This document shows positions 23,613 through 32,000 of a stretch of DNA of 32,000 nt, in pieces. Both the position numbers and the translations under genes were made by a program. Each line of letters opens with the position of its first letter. The first letter of the stretch is position 1. The notes under the pieces were generated by a model that searched no databases, was not told the origin of the DNA, and saw nothing but the letters and a program-made list of their open reading frames with translations. This stretch comes from Xanthobacter autotrophicus DSM 431 (GTDB taxonomy: Bacteria; Pseudomonadota; Alphaproteobacteria; Rhizobiales; Xanthobacteraceae). The stretch is taken from assembly GCF_043194755.1 (NCBI RefSeq), contig NZ_JBAFVV010000006.1; one strand, given 5' to 3'.

Positions 23613-25289
23613 ATGAACGCCAAAGCGACCCCTGCCTTGGCTTCGCCGGGGCGTGCCGCTCTCTATCTGCGTGTTTCGACCGGCCGGCAGGCCGAACACG
23701 ATCTTTCGATTCCAGACCAGCGCCGTCAACTTCAAGCCTATTGCCAAGCGAAAGGCATCGCCGTCGTCGCCGAGTTTGTCGAGCCGGGTGCGTCGGCGAC
23801 AGACGACCGGCGACCTGAGTTTCAGCGGATGATGGACGCCGGAGCACAAAAGCCCGCGCCGTTCGACTTCATCATCGTGCATTCCTTCTCGCGCTTCTTT
23901 CGCGATCAGTTTCAGCTCGAATTCTATGTCCGGCGACTGGCGAAGAACGGTATCCGCCTCACGTCCATCACGCAGGATCTCGGCGATGATCCGATGAGCG
24001 TGATGATGCGTCAGATCATGGCATTGTTCGATGAATACCAGTCGAAAGAGAATGCCAAGCACACGCTCCGGGCCATGCGCGAGAATGCCCGCCAGGGCTA
24101 TTGGAATGGCTCGCGGCCGCCCTTCGGCTACAGGATCGTGGCGGCCGAGCAGCGGGGCGCGAGGACCAAGAAGAAGATCGAGCCCGATCCGGCCCAGGTC
24201 GAGACGGTCCGGCTCATGTTCCGCCTTGCACGGGTCGGCGCCGACGACGGTCCAATGGGGTCCCGCCAGATCGCCGACTATCTGAACACGCGCGGTATCC
24301 GGACGCAGACCGGCGGGCGCTGGGGCGTCGGGGCGGTCCACCAGATCCTGACGCGGGAGACCTACATCGGCCACCATCGCTTCAACGTCTCGGGCAAGCG
24401 CAAGGGAGAGCAGAAGTCGGAAGACGAGATCGTCGATGTGGTGGTCGAGCCGATCATCGACGAGGAGGAGTTCGCCGAGGTCCAGGCGGTGATGCGATCG
24501 CGCAGCCCGCAACTGAAGGCCCCGCGGTTCGTAACGGCCGGGACGCTCCTGGGCGGCGTGTGCTTCTGTGCCGATTGCGGGGGAGCCATGACGCTCCGCA
24601 CCTCCGGCAAGGGGGACCAATACCGCTACTACACCTGCTGCACGACGGCACGGCAGGGGAAGACGGCGTGCCGCGGCCGCACGATCCCGATGGACGAACT
24701 GGACACAATGGTTGTGTCGCATCTGGAGAAGCGACTGCTTGCACCCGAGCGGCTTGAGGAGCTGCTCGCTGGTCTGCTTAAGCGTAAGGAGGAGCACGCT
24801 GAACGCCTGAAGGGTCGCATTGCCGAACTGAGGAAGCAGGCTGCGGACGCTGAAGCCAAACTGACTCGGCTGTACGAGGCCATTGAGAATGGTCTCGCTG
24901 AAATGGACGATTCCAACCTCAAGGGACGGATTGTCGAGTTGAAGCGGATCCGTGATTCGGCGCGGGCCGATGCGGACCGGGCCGAAAACAGGGGAGAGGG
25001 CGACGACAATCGAGTGACGCCGGAGCTGCTGCGTCGGTTCGGGATCGAGGCTCGTAAGAAGATCAGGGATCGAGAGGGCGGTTTCCGGCGCCATCATCTC
25101 CAGGCGCTAGTTCAGCGGGTGGAGGTCGGAGCCGACGAAATTCGGATCAGGGGATCGAAGCCAAGGCTCCTCCAGACGCTTGTGGCGTCTGGAGGAAACT
25201 ATGGAGTGGAAACTGCGGCGCACGGCGTTCGCAGTTTCGTTCCGAATTGGCTCCCTGAGCAGGACTCGAACCTGCGACCATTCGATTAA
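23613..25289 (+). CDS. large serine recombinase (resolvase/invertase N-domain, recombinase domain, zinc ribbon, coiled coil)
   Basis: Catalytic-serine motif ALYLRVSTGRQ. Zinc-ribbon cysteines CADCGG...YYTCCTTARQGKTAC. Coiled-coil segment KEEHAERLKGRIAELRKQAADAEAKLTRLYEAIENG. GGGAGG Shine-Dalgarno 7 nt upstream. The last 42 nt overlap tRNA-Asn. Confidence 0.9.
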   Translation: MNAKATPALASPGRAALYLRVSTGRQAEHDLSIPDQRRQLQAYCQAKGIAVVAEFVEPGASATDDRRPEFQRMMDAGAQKPAPFDFIIVHSFSRFFRDQFQLEFYVRRLAKNGIRLTSITQDLGDDPMSVMMRQIMALFDEYQSKENAKHTLRAMRENARQGYWNGSRPPFGYRIVAAEQRGARTKKKIEPDPAQVETVRLMFRLARVGADDGPMGSRQIADYLNTRGIRTQTGGRWGVGAVHQILTRETYIGHHRFNVSGKRKGEQKSEDEIVDVVVEPIIDEEEFAEVQAVMRSRSPQLKAPRFVTAGTLLGGVCFCADCGGAMTLRTSGKGDQYRYYTCCTTARQGKTACRGRTIPMDELDTMVVSHLEKRLLAPERLEELLAGLLKRKEEHAERLKGRIAELRKQAADAEAKLTRLYEAIENGLAEMDDSNLKGRIVELKRIRDSARADADRAENRGEGDDNRVTPELLRRFGIEARKKIRDREGGFRRHHLQALVQRVEVGADEIRIRGSKPRLLQTLVASGGNYGVETAAHGVRSFVPNWLPEQDSNLRPFD

Positions 25290-25323
25290 CAGTCGAACGC
25301 TCTACCAACTGAGCTATCAGGGA
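25248..25323 (-). tRNA. tRNA-Asn (anticodon GTT), 76 nt with encoded CCA
   Basis: Folded by hand from the reverse complement. Acceptor stem TCCCTGA/TCAGGGA. Anticodon stem TTCGA/TCGAA with loop CTGTTAA. T-arm GCAGG-TTCGAGT-CCTGC. Discriminator G followed by CCA. Confidence 0.9.
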
Positions 25324-25350
25324 CCATGGGTCTCGCGACCGAGGGGGGCC

Positions 25351-25378
25351 ATATAGCAACCACTCGGCGGCTTGTGAA
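25351..25378 (-). promoter_or_regulatory. putative tRNA-Asn promoter
   Basis: On the minus strand: TTCACA (25373-25378), 16-nt spacer, CTATAT (25351-25356), about 27 nt upstream of the mature tRNA 5' end. Pattern match only. Confidence 0.3.
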
Positions 25379-25411
25379 GTCGAAAGACGCAGTTTTCGCG
25401 TCCGGGATGCC

Positions 25412-25435
25412 GCACCCGGCCCCGCCGGCCGGGTG
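25412..25435 (-). terminator. GC-rich hairpin downstream of the ABC exporter gene
   Basis: Perfect 10-bp stem GCACCCGGCC/GGCCGGGTGC with a 4-nt loop, 16 nt after the stop at 25451. No U-tract directly follows. A weaker GACGC/GCGTC hairpin followed by TTTC lies just downstream on the minus strand. Confidence 0.35.
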
Positions 25436-25450
25436 CAAGCCATTGCAAGA

Positions 25451-27355
<1,905 letters not shown>

Positions 27356-27599
27356 GCCTGTCTCCGGCGGCCACCGGACACGGGGCCGCTTGGGTTGTCC
27401 ATCAACTGCCGGCGGGGCGCCAAGTCAACGCCCGAAGTCAACGCCTGCGCGGCGCCGGGTGCCCCCGGGTGGTATCCGGGAGAAGCGGATGGGAGGTGCC
27501 CCGGTCGGGGATCGCGGCCAGGCCGCAGCGTCACCCCAGGTCTCGGGCCGGCGCACGAGAGGGCCGAAACGGCCGCCGGCAGGAGGATAGCTGGGAAAC

Positions 27600-27673
27600 T
27601 GGAGGCCACGCCCGGAATCGAACCGGGGTGCACGGATTTGCAGTCCGCTGCGTAACCACTCCGCCACGTGGCC
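27600..27673 (-). tRNA. tRNA-Cys (anticodon GCA), 74 nt with encoded CCA
   Basis: Folded by hand. Acceptor stem GGCCACG/CGTGGCC. Anticodon stem GCGGA/TCCGT with loop CTGCAAA. T-arm CCCGG-TTCGATT-CCGGG. Discriminator T followed by CCA. Confidence 0.88.
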
Positions 27674-27772
27674 TCACGGAGGCGTGTTCTTAAGGCGTTC
27701 GCCGGACGGGCGCAAGCGGCGGCGCGCGCGTTGTCCCCGGCAAACGGCGGTGGGCCGGTCCGCGTGTCGCCC

Positions 27773-28756
27773 TCAGCGCGTCGCCCGGCGCACCAGGAGG
27801 CGCGCGACGCCGGTGAAGGGGCCTGCATACAGGGCTGAAACGATGGGACGCACCAGCGCCACCCGCCGGCGCGGGCCCGGCTTCATCACCCGAACCACCT
27901 CCTGCAGGTCTTCCCAGGCCTGGCGCATCCGCGCCACGTCCCGGATCCTGGACCCCTGGACGAACTCGTTGCGCAGCACCTCGAGGAAGCGCGGGCCGAT
28001 CACGTCCCGCCCCCAATAGAAGCCGAGGCGTGGCTCGTCCGGAAACGCGTCCAGCAGCTTGCGAAAATAGATCATGCGCGAGCGCGCCATGCGGTCGCTG
28101 AACGAGGTGGAACCGGAATAGATGCGCCAGCGCGTCACGGCCGTCTTGATGTAGATGCTGCGGAAGCCGAGCGAGAACAGGCGCACGAAGAGGTCGTCGT
28201 CCTCGTATCCGGAGAGGCGCTCGTCGAACAGGCCCGCATCGAGGATGGCCTGCCGCGACACCAGCGCGGCGCCCGGCAGGATGAACATGTCGTGCCGCAG
28301 GCATTCCGCCCGGCTGCGCTTCGGCTGCGGCGAGGACACGTCATCGAGGCAGCAGTCGAGCACCGCCCGCCCTTCGCGGTCGATCTGGTCCAGATTGCCG
28401 TAGACGAGGCCAAGCCGGGGCGTCTGCCCGTCCAGGAAGGGACGGCGCAGCAGCTCCACATGGTTCTCGTGCCAGGCGTCGTCCTGGTCGAGGAAGGCGA
28501 CATGGCTGCAGCGCGTATGGCGGATGGCGAGGTTGCGCGCCGACGACTGGCCGCCGTTCGGCTTGCCGAGGAGGGTGATGGGGTGGCTCTCCGCCAGCTC
28601 CGCGACGATCGCCGGCCCTTCGTCCGTGGAGCCGTCGTCCACGACGATGATCTCGTCCACCGGAACGGTCTGGGCAAGGACGCTTTCCAGCGCCTCGCGG
28701 ATGAACGACGCGCCGTTGTACAGCGGAATCACCGCTGCAACCGAAAAAGCAACCAA
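27773..28756 (-). CDS. family 2 glycosyltransferase
   Basis: GT2 N-terminal signature SVAAVIPLYNGASFIREALESVLAQT...IIVVDDGSTDE. The start is uncertain. The track ORF extends to a TTG at 28849. I favour the TTG at 28756, which is preceded by GGAAGGGAG. ATG 28825 and ATG 28819 are alternatives. Confidence 0.75.
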   Translation of the reverse strand: MVAFSVAAVIPLYNGASFIREALESVLAQTVPVDEIIVVDDGSTDEGPAIVAELAESHPITLLGKPNGGQSSARNLAIRHTRCSHVAFLDQDDAWHENHVELLRRPFLDGQTPRLGLVYGNLDQIDREGRAVLDCCLDDVSSPQPKRSRAECLRHDMFILPGAALVSRQAILDAGLFDERLSGYEDDDLFVRLFSLGFRSIYIKTAVTRWRIYSGSTSFSDRMARSRMIYFRKLLDAFPDEPRLGFYWGRDVIGPRFLEVLRNEFVQGSRIRDVARMRQAWEDLQEVVRVMKPGPRRRVALVRPIVSALYAGPFTGVARLLVRRATR

Positions 28757-28879
28757 ACCCGGCTCCCTTCCCTCGCCCTGAGAGACACGCCGGCCCCTGA
28801 TGCCCCAGCGTGATCTCATTGGCATAACGGCAGAAACGCAGCTTGCCAATGACCGGGGCGACGGCGAAGGCGCCGGAGC

Positions 28880-29335
28880 TCAACCGTAGGGAACGAGGCC
28901 GGTTGTATCCTCGCCGTTGTGGAAGCCGATGGCGAGGCGGAAGGAATAGGCCATCCGCTCGGCGTGGGCGATGGCCGCCTGGGCGGCGGCCGGGGGCAGC
29001 ACCTCCACGGCGGTGGGCCGGAACAGCGCCAGCCAGCGGGCGAACTGGGGGTCGCCCGCATCCGTGCCCAGGGCGAGGTGCGGCGGCAGAGGGCGCCCGT
29101 CGTAGCGTCCGCTCTTCAGCAGCACGGAGGACCAGAAGTCGCACATCTTGGCGAGATGCACCGGCCAGGCGCCCTCGGCGATGCGGCCGCCGAAGATGGG
29201 CCCCAGCACGGCATCCTCGCGCACACGATCATAGAAACGGTGGACGAGGCGGTGGATGGCCTCCTCGTCGAGCCCTTCGGCCTCGGGCCCTTTCGGCGCC
29301 GGCGCGGGCACCGCGCGGGGAAGGGGTGGGGTCAT
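28880..29335 (-). CDS. group III truncated haemoglobin-like globin (151 aa)
   Basis: This is the only credible part of the 1004-aa track ORF. ATG 29335 gives MTPPLP...HRFYDRVREDAVLGPIF...HLAKMCDFWSSVLLKSGRYDGRPLPPH, a pattern typical of truncated globins. Stop TGA at 28880-28882. Confidence 0.7.
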   Translation of the reverse strand: MTPPLPRAVPAPAPKGPEAEGLDEEAIHRLVHRFYDRVREDAVLGPIFGGRIAEGAWPVHLAKMCDFWSSVLLKSGRYDGRPLPPHLALGTDAGDPQFARWLALFRPTAVEVLPPAAAQAAIAHAERMAYSFRLAIGFHNGEDTTGLVPYG

Positions 29336-29662
29336 GGTCTCGCTCTCCCTCGGCCGCCGCGCCGGACACCGCCCGCGCGTCGGACGGCGGCGGGCGCGGG
29401 TCGGCGGCTTTCCATTCGGCCAGTTCGCGTTCGGCCGGCACCTGTCGGCCAGTTTCCATGGGGCAGGCGCCAAGCCTCTGCCTGCCGGGCTGCCGGAACC
29501 ATGCGACTTGCGGCCACAGCAGACGCCGCGTGTGCGGCCCGCCGACCTTCTGCGCCTTGCAAAAGGGGCGGCAATATGGCTCTTGAGCCGAGCGGCCGGG
29601 AGCGTCCGTTCCCCGCCCCCTCGGAGAGGGGCAGCCGCTTCAGGGATGGCCGGAGACGTATC

Positions 29663-30325
29663 ATGATCGATTTCGCCGAGCTTCGCCGCGGCATGGTGGA
29701 CGGGCAGGTCCGCACCAACAACGTCACCGAACCCCGTCTCGTCGCCGCCATGCTGGAGATCCCGCGCGAGAAGTTCGTGCCGGCCGCGCTGAAGTCCCTC
29801 GCCTATATCGACGACGACCTGGTGCTCGCCCCCGGCAATCCGCCGCGCTACCTCATCGAGCCCATGATCCTCGCCCGCCTGGTGCAGCTCGCCGACGTGC
29901 AGGACGACGAGCACGTGCTCGATATCGGCACCGGCACCGGCTATTCGGCCGCCGTGCTCGCCCAGCTCGCCCAGCAGGTGGTGGCGGTGGAGGAGGACGC
30001 GGGGCTTGCCGCGACTGCCACCTCCACCCTCGCCGAGCTCGGCGTCGCCAACGTGGCGGTGATGCAGGGCCCGCTCAATGCCGGCTGGGCCAAGGAAGCG
30101 CCCTACGACCTGATTCTCATCAACGGCTCGGTGGACGAGGTGCCGGCCGCCCTGTTCGCCCAGGTGAAGGAAGGCGGGCGCCTGGTCGCCGTGGTGGGAC
30201 ACGGCGGCGCCGGCCGCGCCACCGTCTTCTCCAAGATCGCCGGCAGCATCAGCGAGCGCGTCGCCTTCAACGCCGCCGTGCCCGCCCTCCCCGGCTTCCA
30301 GGCCGCGCCCCGCTTCACTTTCTAA
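29663..30325 (+). CDS. pcm: protein-L-isoaspartate O-methyltransferase-like protein
   Basis: 220 aa from ATG 29663 (MIDFAELRRGMVDGQVRTN...). SAM-binding motif VLDIGTGTGYSAAVLA. The conserved neighbour tolC is downstream. The track ORF 28919-30325 is over-extended at its 5' end. Confidence 0.75.
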   Translation: MIDFAELRRGMVDGQVRTNNVTEPRLVAAMLEIPREKFVPAALKSLAYIDDDLVLAPGNPPRYLIEPMILARLVQLADVQDDEHVLDIGTGTGYSAAVLAQLAQQVVAVEEDAGLAATATSTLAELGVANVAVMQGPLNAGWAKEAPYDLILINGSVDEVPAALFAQVKEGGRLVAVVGHGGAGRATVFSKIAGSISERVAFNAAVPALPGFQAAPRFTF

Positions 30326-30559
30326 ACCGCGCCGCGCCGCCTTCGCCATCCACGTCCCGGGCGGCGCGCGTCCAAAGCCGCGCCAGGCCTTGCTTCCACG
30401 GGCACTGTGGCGCGTTTGCCGCGGTGGGCCGAAAACGACCGGGGAATCAATCCGGTCAGTTCCCGATCGCGCCTTGCATAGATATCTTTCAGAAGCGTTA
30501 CCGCGCGGCAGAGTCGGTGCGGCGGGTCTGCTTTGGCCGTGTCGGATCGGGAGAATGGG

Positions 30560-31948
30560 ATGTCGGTTGCGAAGCGTTTTCGCCGAAACAGTTTTGCATT
30601 TTTGGCGGGGGCCGGCATCGTCGCGCTGTGGGTCGGGAGCGCGGGCGCTCAGACGCTCGACGTTGCCTTGGCCCAGGCGTATGTGAACAACCCCACGCTC
30701 AACGCCCAGCGCGCCGGTACCCGCGCGACGGACGAGAACGTGCCGAAGGCCCTGTCCGGCTACCGGCCGACGCTGAGCGCCACCGCCTCCGCCGGCCCGG
30801 AATACGCCCGGGCCCAAGCCTCCGGGATCACCACCCGGGGCTCGCTGTGGCCGCGCTCCTTCGCGCTGACCGCCGCCTATACCCTCTTCAACGGGTTCAC
30901 CACCGCCAACCAGACCCGCACCGCCGAATCGCAGGTGCGCGGCTCGCGCGAGACGCTGCGCAACACCGAGCAGACGGTGCTGCTGAACGGCGTCACCGCT
31001 TACATGAACGTGATCCAGGCCATCGCGCTCCTCGACCTGCAGCGCCAGAGCCTGGCGGCATTCGAGCAGGAACTGCGCGCCACCCGTGACCGCTTCAACG
31101 TGGGCGAGGTGACCCGTACCGACGTGGCGCAGGCCGAGGCCCGCGTGGCCGATGCCCAGTATCAGGTCAGTCAGGCGGTGGCGAACCTGTCCTCCGCCAA
31201 GGCCACCTACCGGCAGGTGATCGGCGTCGAGCCGGGCAAGCTCGCCAGCCCCCGCTCCATCGAGGGCATGCTGCCCCGGGACGTGAACGGGGTGATCTCC
31301 AACGGCCTCGCCTCCCACCCGGCCATCAAGGCCTCCGAGTTCGCCGTGGACGCCGCCGTTTTCCAGGTGAAAGTGGCCGAGGGCGCGCTCATGCCCAACG
31401 TGAGCGTGCAGGGCCAGCTCTCCCAGGCCTATGACCAGAACTTCGCCACCGATGCCTATGGCGCCGCCGCCGCGACGGTGAACCTGACCGTGCCGATCTA
31501 CCAGGGCGGGCAGGAATACGCGAACATCCGGCAGACCAAGGAGCTGCTCTCCCAGGCCCGCCTCGAGGTGGACGTGAACCGCGACACCATTCGCGCGCTG
31601 GCGGTGCAGTATTGGGGAGCGCTGGAGGCGTCCAAGGCGCAGATTCTCGCCGCGCAGGCCTCGGTGGCCGCCAACACCCTCGCCCTCGAAGGCGTGCGGG
31701 AGGAATGGCGCGTGGGCCAGCGCACCACCACGGACGTGCTGAATGCCCAGCGCGACCTGACCAACTCCCAGTCTGCCCTCGTGGTGGCCCAGCGCGACCG
31801 CGTGGTGGCCGCTTATTCGCTGATCTCCACCATCGGCAAGCTCGATGCCGTGTCCCTGGGGCTGCGGGTGAACGTCTACAACCCCACCACGCACTACAAC
31901 CAGGTGCGCGACAGCTGGGCGGGCGTGCGGACACCGGACGGAAAATAA
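30560..31948 (+). CDS. tolC: TolC-family outer-membrane efflux protein
   Basis: Signal peptide MSVAKRFRRNSFAFLAGAGIVALWVGSAGA|QT, then LDVALAQAYVNNPTLNAQRA and the duplicated TolC repeat structure. ATG 30560 follows GGGAGA and is preferred over 30533. Confidence 0.88.
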   Translation: MSVAKRFRRNSFAFLAGAGIVALWVGSAGAQTLDVALAQAYVNNPTLNAQRAGTRATDENVPKALSGYRPTLSATASAGPEYARAQASGITTRGSLWPRSFALTAAYTLFNGFTTANQTRTAESQVRGSRETLRNTEQTVLLNGVTAYMNVIQAIALLDLQRQSLAAFEQELRATRDRFNVGEVTRTDVAQAEARVADAQYQVSQAVANLSSAKATYRQVIGVEPGKLASPRSIEGMLPRDVNGVISNGLASHPAIKASEFAVDAAVFQVKVAEGALMPNVSVQGQLSQAYDQNFATDAYGAAAATVNLTVPIYQGGQEYANIRQTKELLSQARLEVDVNRDTIRALAVQYWGALEASKAQILAAQASVAANTLALEGVREEWRVGQRTTTDVLNAQRDLTNSQSALVVAQRDRVVAAYSLISTIGKLDAVSLGLRVNVYNPTTHYNQVRDSWAGVRTPDGK

Positions 31949-32000
31949 TCCCCGGGAGCCGTGCCGGCCGCTCTTTTGCTGCCAGAACCGGCAATGCCAT

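Larger units (their letters stand above)
5439..25248. mobile_element. putative integrated defence island of about 19.8 kb at the 3' end of tRNA-Asn (left boundary provisional)
   Basis: A serine recombinase abuts the tRNA 3' end. GC drops from about 68-72% in the flanks to about 60% inside (hand-counted sample lines). The cargo is BREX, a toxin-antitoxin pair and a nuclease. The heptamer CCGAATT occurs at both proposed junctions (5439-5445 and 25242-25248). Confidence 0.4.

Noticed and set aside
23442-25097. 551-aa minus-strand ORF
   Set aside because: It is antisense to the large serine recombinase, which has catalytic-serine, zinc-ribbon and coiled-coil motifs. It shows no motifs of its own.
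28880-31894. 1004-aa minus-strand ORF, the longest single ORF in the right flank
   Set aside because: Its product is low-complexity and rich in G/R/A/H. It is antisense to the clearly real tolC (30560-31948) and pcm-like (29663-30325) genes. Only its last 151 codons (28880-29335) form a credible gene, the truncated globin. The rest is a stop-free shadow frame typical of about 70% GC DNA.

Overview
This is a high-GC chromosome segment that looks alphaproteobacterial or Rhizobiales-like. That guess rests on the pcm-tolC pairing and on hand-counted 60-nt lines in the flanks at about 68-72% GC.

The centre (about 5.4-25.25 kb) has lower GC (about 58-62%) and reads as an integrated island of about 20 kb next to the 3' end of tRNA-Asn(GTT). 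From right to left the island carries:
- a large serine recombinase whose ORF runs into the tRNA gene;
- a small upstream ORF;
- a VapBC-type toxin-antitoxin pair with a palindromic operator;
- an acidic protein of unknown function, overlapping a signal-peptide-bearing staphylococcal-nuclease homologue;
- a complete type 1 BREX locus led by a WYL-type BrxR regulator (brxR-brxA-brxB-brxC-[two extra genes]-pglX-pglZ-brxL).

The most interesting item is the two extra genes. An ABC/SMC-like ATPase (392 aa) and a 167-aa protein with a minimal PD-(D/E)XK nuclease signature sit between brxC and pglX, with overlapping stop and start codons on both sides. I could not match the pair to a named system from memory.

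pglX also contains a patch of about 1 kb at about 47% GC, starting right after its NPPY catalytic motif. This suggests a swapped specificity module.

The left flank holds an AddAB-like operon on the minus strand: a small basic ORF, a PD-(D/E)XK nuclease subunit, and a UvrD-like helicase cut by the window edge. The right flank is ordinary housekeeping: an MsbA-like ABC exporter, tRNA-Cys(GCA), a family 2 glycosyltransferase, a group III truncated haemoglobin, a Pcm-like methyltransferase and TolC.

Many long ORFs in the supplied track are antisense shadows typical of high-GC DNA and were rejected. I saw no CRISPR array, rRNA or transposase. All family assignments come from motif reading by eye, not from database searches.
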